A stretch of DNA of 64,000 bases, taken from positions 1-64,000 of the forward strand of contig CAJFCJ010000051.1 of the NCBI GenBank assembly GCA_904063045.1, given 5' to 3'. The position numbers and the translations under genes are program-made. The notes beneath the pieces were generated by a model, which did no database searches, was not told the DNA's origin, and saw nothing but the letters and a program-made list of their open reading frames with translations. This document shows, piece after piece, positions 1-15,279 of this stretch (its first letter is position 1; the number at the start of each line of letters is the position of its first letter). Source of the DNA: Dimorphilus gyrociliatus. Lineage: Eukaryota; Animalia; Annelida.

Positions 1-2502
1 TTTATCTTTCCGAGGGCTACGTCCGAGACTAGCAAAAGTCTGCTCCCTTTCACTTTACTGGCCTTTGAATACTTGATGCTCGTTCGAATATTATCTCCAA
101 AGTAGATTCCCGAACCGAGAAGGCCATCCTTTTCGGTAAGATCCACTCCGTAATCTTCCACAACTGTCTTGGGAGGTAAGAGTCCTCTGCAAGAATATTA
201 AACACAAACAAAATCAATACTATTATTATCGGTGGTTGTGATGTTTGTTTTTTTTTTGTTTGTAGCGAATTGTTTGTAATATGCTGTACCTCGACATTAT
301 TCCTAGAAAATTGTAAACAGACGACGAATGAAAAAGGCGTCGAACGTTGCCTATTTCGTGCTGGAATTGTCCTTCGTCCTGTCCCCGATAGAACGAATAG
401 ACATTATGCACAGTCAACTCAGGTACGCTGGCGGGAAAAAGTGATAATAATTTAATAAGAATATCCATTCAATTTGAATAATCGAGCAATTAGCCCATTA
501 ATTAGATTGTAGGCTAAAGCTTAGCCTCTTTCTAGCTTATTTACTTTTCGTAAAACTGCTTAATCTCCGATTGATGGGTGGGAATGTGTTGCAGATGGCA
601 ATTTAACGCCTTATACATGGCTAGAGACGAATTTCTCCTACTCCAGTTAGTAGCTTCGTTTACATTCAGCATATCCTTAATAAGCTGCAACAGAAGAATG
701 ATTGTCTAATATTAGCAAACGTTCCTTTGCCTTATTAGTCCTATTGTCTTACCTGACACAAATCAAAACATTTTGCCAGCTTTCTCTTGTTGGTCGCTAG
801 ATCTTGATATTCTCTATCGGCTAATGGTAGTGTATTGGAAAATTCATTAACGAGTTCTGCGACCAAGGATGACTTTGCAGAATCGGCCAAACTCTCTTTA
901 ATCTTGAGTAGAATGGCTTCGGCGGCTATAACCTTTTATTCGTTGGAAAACAATTGAATAGGATTTTCAAATAAAGAGAAAAGAGTGAAGAATTCGATAT
1001 GAAAGACAAAATACCTTTTCTAGCTTAATTGATTCGATGGGTTGAGAGAGGATTGTTTCGGCTCTTCCAGAAACTTCTTGCCATATATGCCGAACCAATT
1101 GGCTCACCTGCTCGTCAATCTCTTCTCCCTTACCCAACCATTCGATTTGTTGTTGGCGAAAGCGTTTACTGCCAATGTCAGGATGAACGAGCGTCTGTGT
1201 GGGCAGACACGAGTGCGGAGGATGCGAGAATTTGTCATACTCAATAGAGTAGACGAAAAGAGTTTCACCGCTGGTTCGACACTTGAAAAATCTCTTAGTG
1301 GAACTTGCAAGATTCTGCGTCAAGTAAAGAAAGTATCGATGAATGAAAAGAGATTATCGTCATGATATATTCGTAAATTCTCTGTTTCGTACGTACATTT
1401 AAATTTCCATGGTGTTCCGCCACTCCATATTTTCCACAGTCAACCTGAATTTCCAACACGCAAAACGACTTGGTCTGTTCGTTCTGGTAGAAGAGGGAGA
1501 GAGAGAGAGAGATGAGATAAGGGAATTGAAAAAGAGACTATTAGTCTAGTATTTAATATTTAAAAATGTAACATCGTGGAAAAATTGTAACTGAAACGAG
1601 GGATAGTAGAAGAGGGAAGAAGAGAAAGAAAAAGAGCAAAAGAGAGAAAGAAAACCTCTACTTACATAGAGTAGACAACCCTTGGCAATTTGAAAATTTT
1701 GACTAAATTCATTCAAACTGTCGCAATTTTCGTAGACTGGAATTTTACTCAAATCGTAAATCGGTGTCTTTTTATCCGACTTTTGAGCATTTTCCAATTC
1801 TTTGGTTGATACTCGTCCATTTGCCAATTTCTTTGATTTATTCTCGCCAATAAGTAAATAGTTTTCGACGCTTAGTAGACGCTCCTCTTCTATACAATTG
1901 TCGATAAAGTTCCTTCCAATAACTGGTATATCACACTTTTGTGCAGTTTTAGACTTGAACGATTGAACAGCTTGCTGTTGAGTTTGCGTTGATAGCAGAT
2001 AGTGGCACTGTGTCAGCGTTGCAGGTGGAAGAAAAAAACGCAATAGTCAGTATAGATAAGTAAAAATATTTAGCAGACGACAATTATATTGTTCAATTTC
2101 GGTGTTCGAACGTTTTTATTATCATTATCATTATAACGTAATGCGAAAAAGAAATGCAGATATACTAATCTAATACTAGTTGCTCTTATCTCTAACCTGT
2201 TTATTGATTACGTGCGAAACAATGCCGCCTTCTCCTATTATTAATCCCTTTAATTCTCTCTTTTCCTTAAAACTTGTGGCTGTTGAAAAGTCAACGGCAA
2301 ACTTTAACCCCTCAAAAATCGATCTTTTTCCGTTATCCCCCTGATTCTTAGGGGTAATTTGCATCTCTTCATCGTCAGTCCGGCTTTTCGGCTTTTGTTT
2401 ACGATTCTTTTCGAACGAGAATAGTTCTGCTCTGACTTTGTTGAGTTTAGAGGAAGGAGGAAGATGAAGAGTTTTTGGGTTGAGAATTTCTAGATTGGAC
2501 AT
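1..2502 (-). CDS. PARP4: Poly(ADP-ribose) polymerase 4 / vault PARP, 5' part (spliced; continues beyond left edge)
   Basis: ATG at 2502. GT-AG exons include 2502-2197, 2007-1666, 1483-1397, several more between ~1314 and ~283, and 186-1. The N-terminal BRCT (SIFEGLKFAVDF...GGIVSHVINKQ|CHYLL...FIDNCIEEERLLSVENY) is followed by the regulatory region (QVSQLVRHIWQEV...) and the catalytic domain (GNVRRLFHSS...GIMSRGLLPPK...LGSGIYF...TSIKYS...LLLVSDVALGK). Order and motifs match human PARP4 as I recall it. Confidence 0.9.
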
Positions 2503-3056
2503 GATACAATGAATTCAATAGTGTGTAGCTTCCGAGAAACAATTTGCTCAGTTTAAATCGACTATCGTCGATCGAATACTTTTGCCAACTAAAAAATAGA
2601 TGATACAACAACTATTTGTAAGAATTACACAACATTCTGGGATTTCCCAATGAATAATCGTTGGCGAAAACAGGAGACTGGCTACGAGCTGTATTCTCTG
2701 TAGAATTCGCTTTAGCAGTGGTAGTAGGTGACCAGTCTAGAGGATTTCCACAGATGGCGCGTTCCAAGTAACACAAGCGAAAAAGAGATAGATAGAGCGA
2801 GAGGGAGAGCGAGCGAGCGAGAGAGAGAGAGCGAGCCAGCGAGAGCGAGAGAGGAGAGATCCGCGTCGGTATAGCCGCAAATAAGACGTTGTCATCCGCC
2901 TAAAGTCGGTTAGTATCGTTGAATACTGACTGATGAATAGTTTATTGAAATTTTTCCCTTGATGTTAAATTATTTAATTAAAGAAGAAATAAAAATAGTA
3001 ATCCCTTTCAACCGACTGAGAGAGTAGACTAATTATAAATGTTAATTTTTACAGAA
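2503..3056. promoter_or_regulatory. Bidirectional promoter region between PARP4 (-) and the ASB gene (+), with a GA/GAGC repeat (~2795-2858)
   Basis: Head-to-head ATGs ~550 bp apart, a CAGATGGCGC motif near 2750, a purine GA-repeat tract, and a splice acceptor at 3053-3054 implying a 5' UTR exon. Confidence 0.55.
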
Positions 3057-5878
3057 ATGGCGTTTTGCGGTCGTTTAACTAACTCCGACGGTGATTTATC
3101 GGATTTTTGTCGATTTAAACGCGTAAGAGAGTTTTTTCACGAGCAACTACCGAAAAAATCGAGAAGAGTCAAGACTCCGCCAGGCGTTTCCAAATTAACA
3201 AGAAATAGCGCTCACAAAATATTTCACCTCCTCGAACACGAAACTTTAGATAAAAGACAACAGCACGAAATCAGAGCATTACTAGGACGATGCCCAAAAT
3301 CCGAAAACGTTCTAACACCCCTAGACGATCAGGTCAGTACTAGTTCTAATCATAGTAGCCTACCTAAATGCATATATACATACATTTACAATGTTTATAT
3401 AAAATTTATACTAATGTATACTGTATATAGGAGGCTGTATAGAAGCTGAACGCAGTCTAAACACTATCTACAGTATATATACTGCATAACTGTATACACA
3501 ATACTCTTATATTTTTATTATCCTGTTTACCTGTCTTATCCTTCGCTCTCTCTCTCTCTCTCTCTCTCTCTTTTTCTCTTTATCTCTCTCTTTCCATACA
3601 TACCAATCTAGCTACGTATACGTCATATAAACGCGTACTTTTCTCCCTTCCTTACCTCCCTCTCCTCTCTATTCCGCCTTCTTATCCAAGAAATCTCAAC
3701 AATAGTAACCAAAGAAAACTAATTCGTTTATTCAACAGTCGCAAATAATTTATTTAAATAAGTCTATTTGTATACGCAAATAGGAGGGAAGGAGAGCTGG
3801 ATAGCAGTGAGTGGGGTGGAGGGGGCAGGATAAAGAAAAGAGGAACCTATTCGAATAACCTAACTAGATTCGATAGACTAGATTTTTTAGCCAACTGCAA
3901 ATCCAATTTATAAATTTATACATCAATATACTGTACACAGTATATAATCCTGTGTATAAACTTTTATGTCCGTCTATATATATGCAATAGCGTATCGTCT
4001 TTATGTTTCACACTCTCTTTAGGTTCTTATTGTTTGATTCTAATTGATTAACTTTCTCTTCTCTTCTTCTTTACCTACCAAAAGGGCTGGAACTTGATGC
4101 AAAGGGCTGTATTGGGGCGTCATTCTGTCGTCGTAGAAATGCTACTGTCTCACGGATGCGATTTGAATAGCGGGGTCTGTAGTTTGCCATTACATTTAGC
4201 CTGCAAATTAGGATATTCGAATATCGTTCAATTGTTGTTGGACGCGGGGGCGAGACCCGATATTCCCAAGGGATTGTGCCACGGCGTTCCTCATTATATT
4301 AAAACATGCTCACCGGACAAACCGCCCAAATTTCTCTGTAATAGAATTAGAAATCCAGCAACGGCTCTTAGTTACGCCATTCTAAGCGATCAACCCGAAG
4401 TCGTTCAAGTTCTTTTGGATAATTCCGCCCACATGAACACCGAATTATTATTGCATGAAGCCTGCAGATTTCGAGCCAAGCCATGCGTGGAATTGCTCAT
4501 TAGTATGTTTCCAGAACAAGTCAATAGACGGGACAAGAAAGGCTTCGCTCCTCTACACTATGCACTAAGAGGACCCAAGGGACGAGACTGCGCAATAACC
4601 TTATTGGAAACTGTTAAGAATATTTCTCCGGATTCCTTCCTATGCGAGCAGGGTACCTTATTACACGAGCTCTACGTATCCGAAGATTCGACCAGCTTTC
4701 TCCGCCTAACCCAATTAATGCTCGCCAAAGGTCCCAAAGATCTAGCGTATAGGCCAACGCCGGTGGACGGCGATACACCTTTGCACAAGCTGCTTAAGTA
4801 CTTCGGAGGAAACCATCCACGTAACCGTCAGCAATACGTCGACGAAGTAATCGGCTGCGTGAGACTATTACTCAAGCATAATGCCAATCCGAACGCGCCC
4901 AACAATAGGGGAGAGAGCGCCCTACACGCTCTTTTAACTCACCATACGGGGAGACCTCTATTCCATTTGAGGGATAGATTCGGAGTTGGTCCAAAATACT
5001 TACGGACCGTTCTAGAGAACGTTGGCATTCTTATGCAAATTCTATTGGACGGAGGCGCATTGCCGAACCAAAAGCACGCACCGAATTTCGTTAGTCCCCT
5101 ATACTATCTAACCAGAATAATATGTTCCATGTCGCCGAATCTGTTGAAGAATACTGCCGATCAGGTAAAGAATTGCCTCAAGATCATCTGCAAGAGGGGA
5201 GCGGATGTAAACGTCATAAATGCCAACGAGGACAACGTGGTAACTTTATTGATGTCGTCGCTGTCGAGGTGGCTGCATCAGACTGCGGACGACGAACATA
5301 AGATGCACTTTCTCCTATCGATAACGCACGATATTCTAGAACTCTTACTCGAGCACGGACTCGACCCCGAAGTTGTTCTTCGTAAGAATCTCAAGCAATT
5401 CATTATAATATTCAACGTTACAGCTCTACACGAACACTTTATCACCTATTTAAACCGCCTACTTCGTTGCATTATACGTCTCGGTGGCAATCCGAATTTA
5501 ATCAAGTTCTGCGACAATTCCAGATCGTTGTCCTATTCGACCTCGTGTCTCCTCTACTATTTCGCCAGAGGTTTCTACATTCATTCCAGATACGACAATC
5601 GTTTCGCCTTTCACATTCTCGACGTCTTCGAGAATACTCTAACGCAACCTAATTTGTACGAATGCGTTAATGGGATTTGCGCCAATCTCGAACTCGAATT
5701 TACGTCGGCCTACGAAATTAAAAGAAAAATCATGGAAATTTGTTCCAGACCAAGAACACTGAAGCAGCTCGTCAGAATTTGTATTTATCAATCTCTCGGA
5801 TGGCAATTACAAAGAAAATGTCCTCAATTAAATTTGCCGCCTTATTTAACAGAATATTTGACATATGTACAATGCTGA
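3057..5878 (+). CDS. Ankyrin repeat and SOCS box-containing protein (ASB family)
   Basis: Exon 3057-3332 (AG|GT donor, phase 0) joins exon 4085-5878 in frame. Several ankyrin repeats (GWNLMQRAV...VVEMLLSHGCD; LPLHLACKLGYSNIVQLLLDAGA; GFAPLHYA; GDTPLHKLL; GESALHALL) and a C-terminal SOCS box (PRTLKQLVRICIYQSL...LNLPPYLTEYL). Confidence 0.9.
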
Positions 5879-6379
5879 CAAACTCGACAAGAATTATGGA
5901 ATAACAAACACTATGCCCTACTCTTTTTCTTTATTTTTCCTTTACTCGGTTCTTTTTCTAAACCTGAAATTTTTCCTCTTGATCTATCTATATGTCTGTC
6001 TGTCTATCTATCTATCTATCTATCATCCATATATCTGTCTCGCTTTCTTTTGTCTTTCCTTCTGTTTCTTTTTCTTTCTCTCTTTCTCTCTCTCTGCCTC
6101 TCCTTTGAAGAGGAAAGAAAGAGCGAAGAGAAATGGAATGAAAGATGAAAGAAATCTCTCTCTCTCTCATATACTTACACACACACACACACAGACAAAC
6201 GCAACACTCAAGAATTTCTAAATCGTCAAAAATTAATGATTAGTTTTCCTCTTTTTCAACACCTTTTACGTCGCTTACAGACGCACAAAAAAAAACCAAT
6301 TATTTCTATACATATGTTAACCTATACATATATAAACATTTTCTCATCTCTTCTCTTTTGCAATCCTAATTATTTCTAT

Positions 6380-6440
6380 CTGTTCGTCTATCTATCTATC
6401 TATCTACATATCTATCTATCTATTGATCTATCTATCTAAC
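6380..6440. repeat. (TATC)n microsatellite
   Basis: Imperfect tandem tatc units visible directly; a similar tract lies near 5985-6025. Confidence 0.7.
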
Positions 6441-7137
6441 TATCCATTGCCGTCTCTAATCTTTAAAACGAGGATATTAGTTATGTGTATACCGAATTTC
6501 ACGAACGAATTAGTTATATCTTTTTTGTATATTTACTGTTATATATTGGGAAGAGAAGAACAAGTATATTAAAAACTGCATAACGATGGCGATGGGCGAC
6601 GACGACGACGACAGTGCACGATATTGTAGAACTCTAATTCGAGATGAAGATGAAAAATAATAGAAAGTCATTAATGTGATACGAATTGATTCTTTTTAAT
6701 AAAACAAGACTCTGTCGCTTATTTTCCTTCAACATTCATTTATAGAGAAATCTCTTGCTTTAATTAATTAAATCATTAATTAACAAATTAATCGGAAAGG
6801 AAAGTCAAAGAAAAGACAATTTCTTAAAATTTCAACTCTTGCTAGTCTTCATATTTCACCTTAATATTTTCTATTTATAGAGATTGAGCGAACGATGGAG
6901 AGAGGAGGGAGATACTTAAAGACAGGGCAAAGGAAGAGACAATATACTCTTATCTAATTACTAATTTTACATATTTACTCAAGTAGTCGTTCGGTTTTTC
7001 AACAAACAGCAAAAAAAGACACTCAAAATAACGAGAGCAATTCGCTCCATTCTCTTTTGTATTATCATCTCTTTATTTAAACATAGATGCAAATTTTTTC
7101 TCTCTTTTTCTCGTCTTAGCTTTTGTTCTTTGTCTAA

Positions 7138-8159
<1,022 letters not shown>

Positions 8160-8375
8160 TGCTATTTCGTTAGCCACTGGCGTCTGTCTATCTGTGCTTT
8201 TTGAACTCGACCAAAGCTACTCTACTCAACCGTTAGATAATCAATAGATAGTTGCAATTCAATTTATACGCGCAATGCAACCTATTTATATATACAGTAT
8301 ATATATGTACTGTATATATATCCAGTCTTATGAACGTGTTTTAATCTTTTTTCTCTCTATCCGTTTCCTTTCTGA

Positions 8376-8392
8376 CGCATGCGCAGCCGGAA
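8376..8392. promoter_or_regulatory. NRF1-like (CGCATGCGCA) plus ETS (CCGGAA) motifs in the SDR/GOPC bidirectional promoter
   Basis: Motifs read directly at 8376-8385 and 8387-8392, between head-to-head ATGs at 8159 (-) and 8910 (+). Confidence 0.5.
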
Positions 8393-8909
8393 ACCTACTT
8401 TCGAAATGCTTTCCGACTATTTCTCAATAATTCTACTATTGAGAAAAAAGGATTTATGATGTGTTGTAATGCATATATATGTGTTTATATACATAAAGGT
8501 TAATAACCCTTATATAATATATATATGTATATATATTTACACACTATAGACTGACGGAAAAAGCATTGCCCATACCGGCATCTATACCCTTCTACTTTCT
8601 TTAATGTTTTCTTTTTAATAAAAGACGCTTAGAATAAAATAGTATGGAATAAAAAAATGTTCTCTACTATATATTATGCAATTGGAACGTTGATCTTTAG
8701 TATTCTATTCTATTTTTAAACATTTATATATCTCTTTCCACTCAACATCAGCATTGTAAACAAGAAATTTTCAATATTGACCTTGACATTGGCTATTTCG
8801 ATTTTTCTGCAATACTTTTTTTTTCGCAACTAACATCGAGTAGAGAATGTTATGAAACACTAGACAAAAAAACGTTAAACTTGGACAACTGACAACATCG
8901 ACTTTCAAA

Positions 8910-11900
8910 ATGGCGGCGTCCACAAATGCTACTCTATCTTTTAGATGGTTGGAATTACTGGAAAAAGAATTCGACAAGGCATTTGTCGATTTGGATTTGC
9001 TATTGGGAGAAATAGATCCAGATCAATGCGATATAACTCTGGAAGGTCGAGAAAAAATGACGGCGCTAAGCGCCGCTTTTGCCCAACTTTGCCACAAAGC
9101 GCAAACGATTTTTCAAGCCAATGCCAAACTTGAAGTTAGTTTTGTTTTAGCATTATTTTATGAAAAAGCTGTCGAAACATAGATGATGAATCATTTATTT
9201 TCGAAATTATACATTTGCAATAATTTTTTATATGCGTATTTCGAATGGAAACTATCTTCCTCAAGCGCCTAGTTTTGCTTCGTATTTAATATATAAGTAA
9301 CACATTTAAATATATATATATACTAATATATACACATGTATATTTATATGTTCAGATACATAAACATGTACTTATATATAAATACAAATTATAGCGGCAT
9401 ATTGTTCTACTCTTTGACTCTTTTATAATTGATATTGATGACGGTGCTATCGTCAGAGATCAGCATCAAGACATTCCATTTAAATGGAAAGAAAATTTGT
9501 CTTTCTATTCATTTTTATATAATTTTCATTTTCTTAGAAAAGAGAAATTTACATAAAAATATTAAACATGTCTGCTGAAATGTAAATTGGCTTTTGTTTA
9601 CTTCTCTTTACTCAACTATGTTACGCCTATTACGTAGATAAATACTTTGTTTTATTCCTTCAGGCACAATTAGTCGACATGAGATCCGATATTCACGAAG
9701 TACGCGGAACAAAGAGTATCCTCGAGAAAGAAGTTCATAATACTCTGTTAGCTCTCCACAAAAGCCAGGTGGAGATGCAGGAGAAATTAGGCGTACACGT
9801 AACGGACGTAGAATCCGAAACAATTAAAAAGAAATTGGTTCGTAAATATTCTCCGCCTTTTATTCTCTCTTATAATAATGTTTCTATGATTTTTGCAGGA
9901 GGAAGAAATACAGGCTCGAAAGAAAGTCGCTCTACCTGAGAAAAAGCTTGATGCCGAAGTAAAAGAACTTCGCCGCGAAAATTCAGAGCTTCGACAATTT
10001 ATTCTGGCTTTACAAAGTGAAGTATACGGAGCACGTTTAGCTGCAAAATACTTGGACAAAGAATTGGCCGGAAGGTTAGCTTTCCTTTTATGACAACATT
10101 TCTTTATTTTCTCTTTTATCACTATTTACCATCTAGAATAAATATAATTTATCTAACCCTGTTTCTCTCCCTCTCTGCCTCCCTTCCCCCTCCCTGCCCC
10201 GTCCTCCCTCTTCCCCTTCACATATGAACATATGTATATATAGCCGCTATTGCCCCTATCATTCCCATACTTTATTCTACAATCGTTGTAGTACAACAGT
10301 TGGCTTAATTTCTTTTCTTCTCTTTTTAGAATCCAACAAATTCAACTAATTAATAGAGATATTAAGGGACCCGAACACGACAAAGTTTGGAATCAGTTAG
10401 AAGCCGAAATTCATTTACATCGTCACAAAACAGTCATTAGGGCTTGTAGAGGTCGGAATGCTAAAAACAAAAAGTTACCCTCTCCCCCCGAACACGATTT
10501 TCAAACTCTTAAAAAGCAGCAAGGAGTAGGAGAGGTTGGAATATTTTTCTAATATATTCTCTATTACTTTGCTTTTTTTTTTACCATTTTATCAAGAAAT
10601 ATTATTTATTATTTTAATATCATTACGGTTTATTAAGGAGAGAAACATAAAGAACAGTAATGCCTTTTTATATTCTGGTTATAAATAGCGGGAAAAAGAA
10701 AAAAACAATTACTTTTTAACCCTGTCAGAGTAAAAATGCTTGTTACAGTTCTGCACCTGTAATGTTCTTTTACTTTTTAAGCTTCATAATCTGCATTATC
10801 TCGTGTCTTTCATGCTATTTTCATACTTTCTCATTAATATAACAGTCACTCTTTAAATTAGGTACGGACAGTAAGTTTGTACAAAGGACCGGACGAGGGG
10901 TTAGGAATAAGTATAACTGGTGGAAAAGAACACGGAGTACCGATTCTCATCTCTGAAATACACGAAGGTCAACCTGCGGAAAAATGCTCAGCTCTTTACG
11001 TCGGAGACGCTATCCTCGCTGTCAACGGTATAGATCTTCGAGGGGCAAAGCATACAGAAGCAGTTAATGTTTTATCTCGGCAGGTTAGCTACGTATTTAA
11101 TGTGTGTATATAAAGTAGCAAACACGCAACGTATGCTACATAGAGCTCGCACAAAGTTGTACATATCCAGTATATAAAAGTATATTAAAGTTAAAAAGAA
11201 AATTAAGACGTAACGACGCCCTCTGCTGTATTATTTTGGCAAAAAAAGAAAAGTTGATTTTGCAGAGGAAGTAAGCAATTATAGGAAGTAGTTAATTAAT
11301 TTGAACTTTTTTGTATGGATTTTATGGGATTGAAGCAGATATTTCCGAAAAAGAAAAAACAAACAATAAATAGGAGAATATTAAAAAATAAATGCTAATA
11401 AAACTAATTGTAAAATTCTAGTATAATGAAAACGTTTAAAAATATTTACGGTAATGAAAAAATTTGCTTTTAATTCGATTGGATAGAAATGTTTTATTGA
11501 TTTTTAGAATAATTACGGAAGCAATTAAATACCTTTCCAACAATTAGAAAAAAGTATTAATTATTGTTTTAAAATTCCTAGTACCTTATCGTTCTCTATT
11601 GAAAAGAAGGCAAAGAGTTAATGCAGCTAAAAAAAGTGTAGTTTTACACTGCGACTAATCCGAGTTGTTTTTTTAGTAGTTAATTAATTTTACTTAGCCG
11701 TCCTGAGACTGCTGTAAAGACTATATATATAAATATATATATACTGTATATAAATGTATATATATATGATGTATGTACAGCATACATCATAGCTTTGAAG
11801 AGAGTCAGACTTATTTCCAATCCTTTCTTCTCTTCTATGTTAATATACATGCAGACAAAATAGGAAGCACAAGTATATATCGAAAATAAATACTTATGAA

Positions 11901-13176
11901 TAGGATTTTATTTATTGTTAGATTAGTAATTTTCGTCCTCTTTCTATTGCTATATACTAACATATTTCTATATTTAAATAGCAAGGTGATATCGAAATGA
12001 AGGTAGTTTTCGTCGCTCCCGACGACGAAAGTGACGATGATCAGACTGACGTGGAGGACGCCTATGGATTTCGGTAATATATAAATTTATATTCAGTATA
12101 TATACAGTCTATATATATATATATATGTATATATACCGTATATACTATATGTTTACAGTATATAACAATTTTATTAAAATCAATATACTTATTCCTTTTT
12201 TAGCTTGCATCTATCTCTTCGCTTTAAAATTAAACAATTATATCAAGTTTTTAATATACAGTACCGATACCCTATTTTTGGCCACCATTTTTTTTTTTGA
12301 AAATTAAATTTTTTTTCAACTTTGGCCTAAGCAAGATGTTTTTACCAGAAATTAAAATGAAGACAAATTATCTATCCTTACTTGAGAATTATAAAAGCTG
12401 TATTTAATACAAACTTGATAAGAAAAATATATCTTTTCATCAATGAGGTGTTAAAATCGATTTTTCTATATTTTTTAAAATAAGAATAATGAAGTTGCGA
12501 ATGGTAAAAATGAAAGTCATTTTGTAACAGTATTAGATAATTTGTGAAAATTATTCTTGAATATTTATCACTTACTACTTTTACTTAATTAACCAATTTA
12601 GTCAATGTTTGCATAAATCAATAATTTTCTTATTTCTATTGTGATAAACAAAGATTTTATAAATCTCACTTAAAGATAGATGAGTTGTCCTTATTTTAAC
12701 TTCTCTTTAAAACATCTTGTTTAGGCCAAAAAAAAGAAAAATTCATTTTTGGAAAAAAAAAAAAACAAGTGGCTAAAAATAGGGTACCTGTACTGTATTT
12801 ATATTTATATGTATTTATTTATTCAGATATAGAATATTCGATGAAGTTGTTTGCGATTCTCCCATTAACAATACTGTTAATGGGGCTGTTGATAATGGTC
12901 CAGTTGCTAGTAGGGGAGCAAGCGTTGAAAGGATGTCTGGCGATGAGCCTGTAAGTATAGAATATGGCAGACACTAAAAGATATCCCAACTATAACCGAT
13001 CTATAATTGACTACATTTTTAAAATACTTTAATAGGCTCCAAGCGCAAGTTCCAGCGTTCAAAATTCACCTGACAAAAAGCCTTTGCTACAGACTAACAG
13101 TCCAAGGTAAATAGTGATTATTTAATAGTTTGACTAAATACTAAAAGTGATATATTTGATATTTAGTGAAGAGTAG
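8910..13176 (+). CDS. GOPC: Golgi-associated PDZ and coiled-coil motif-containing protein (PIST/CAL)
   Basis: Exons 8910-9134, 9664-9837, 9899-10074, 10330-10534, 10862-11083, 11982-12073, 12827-12950, 13036-13106 and 13167-13176 join in frame. Signature [51 protein letters not shown], and a PDZ domain ([22 protein letters not shown]). A possible alternative last exon lies at 13937-14012. Confidence 0.95.
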
Positions 13177-13569
13177 ACATTTTTACATTCTAACACTAAT
13201 ATATTTTTACTAGTAGTAGAATTTAATTTGTAAAAAGATACGAAAATTAAGACTTAAAAGAGACTTTTATTATCAATGTATGAACACGATATAAAAAACC
13301 TTTTACGCACACATTTCGATTAGCATCTAGTTTGCACTTGATTATTTGTAAAATCGTATTATTTTTATTTGACAATAAAACTTGTAAACGTCAGAAGCTG
13401 TTAACAACCTTTGGAGCAAAGGTAAATTTTAAACTAAAGGTTTTAAAGCATGCTATTTAAGGGATATTTATCTATGATGGCATGATATTATTTCATTATA
13501 TAGTTTTATGGCTTAAACTTTATTTTCCTTTTTTTTTTTATATTTTTTATTACGGTAAACGAGCATTTA

Positions 13570-13602
13570 TATATACATATATATATATAAATATATATAC
13601 AT

Positions 13603-13634
<32 letters not shown>

Positions 13635-13761
13635 GTAATTAAAAAGCGTATTTCTGCATCTTATGGATTAAATATCCTATTGTCGCTCCCAATTGGTTTA
13701 TGATTATTTTGAATATTTCAGTTTTTCTTTTCTGTTCGTTTACATATATTACATAATACAT

Positions 13762-13800
<39 letters not shown>
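13570..13800. repeat. (TA)n microsatellites
   Basis: Two long TA tracts (~13570-13635 and ~13765-13800); another at ~14270-14315. Confidence 0.85.
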
Positions 13801-13803
<3 letters not shown>

Positions 13804-14260
13804 TATTCATTTATTTATTTATTACATATACAAGCATTAAGCGTATTGGTTTCATTTCTTTGACGATTGAGACAAAATATGCTCTTTGAGCAGTAGAAAT
13901 ATTTTTACTAACTTTATGTTTTTAACCTTCGAACAGCAATCAGAAAATTAACAATGAAGAAAATTGCACTACAGAAACGAACGAACAAACTGACACCATC
14001 AAAGAAGAGTAAGAAATATTAATAAATATTTATATATAGTTGAAATATATAAATAAAACGGGCAAATTTTTCAATTGCTTAGTTAATTTTTCGAATCTCA
14101 TATCATTGCTTCGTTTTTTGTTAACATTTATAATTAACATATAAAGTATATCTAGTTGAAAATTTGTATCGAGTGCTAGTCTGTTGTGAATAATTAAAAA
14201 ATGGAAATAAGGTGTTGGTCGCCTAGGTAACAAAAAATTACCGTCACAATAATGCATAAA

Positions 14261-14297
<37 letters not shown>

Positions 14298-15279
14298 CTG
14301 TATATATATATATATATTTTCCTATTTAGTTGTTTAATTATCTATATTTATTTTATTTATTTTATAATGATAAAAGGAAAAACTTTGAAAAATCTCTGAA
14401 TTTTTGAATAAAGACTTCCGCTAATATATTGAACGAATTGAAAATTGCAGTTTTGATGCTTTTGTAACTGTTGATAATCGGTTAGTTTTTGTTGATTTTG
14501 CATAAAAATATGTTGATAAATTTCCTGGAAAAGAATAATGCTATATATAATTTTTCGCAAAGTTAGCGAAAAGAATCATTCAAGTCTTATGTGAAAGTAG
14601 AGAAAAGAAGAAGAAAAGAGGTGGAAAAATTGCACTTGTAAAACTAAAAATAACAAAAGGAAAGATTTTGTTGCACATATTTTTTTTTGCCTCTCCAATT
14701 CATTTGTCTATTGTCTTAATAAATGGAATAGGGAGAGGGCATAGATAGGCATTTATGGCGTTTAATTGATAATCTATGAATGAAATTAACACATATATGA
14801 TTGCGTTTATATTTATGGATATATAAACCTAATATCGCTTATATAACTATATACAGTATTTATACAATATACTGTATACGTACTGTATACGTTCACCTTG
14901 ACACTTATCCAATTACTTAATTCATTATTTACTTAGTTAATAATTATTTTTTTAAATTAGGAATACTCTTCAACGTATTCGTTAACCGAACTACCTTTTG
15001 GCGCCTTTCTTCTTATCCCTCCCTCCCGCACTCTTTTGCCTTTCATTCCACTCCTTTCTCTCGCCTTCTTCCCTTTTCCTAACCTCAACTCTGATCCTCC
15101 CTTCCGCTATGAAAATATAAGAGTAAATTCAACATTTTCTGCTTTCTGACCCTTCTACTACTATTCTCTTCCATTTCCGCTTTCCCATCCTTCGACGTCT
15201 TTTGAACTATTCAATTTAATTTTGAATAGTAATTCATTTAAACTTTTCCTTTCTTTTCAATAATTGACAAGGGTACCTT

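Noticed and set aside
1-2502. Functional link between PARP4 (vault/TEP1 association) and the nearby telomeric domain
   Set aside because: Proximity alone is no evidence; treated as coincidence.
2928-2960. CTGATGA...GAAA in the PARP4/ASB promoter as a hammerhead
   Set aside because: Stem II cannot pair without using core nucleotides, and there is no stem I/III.
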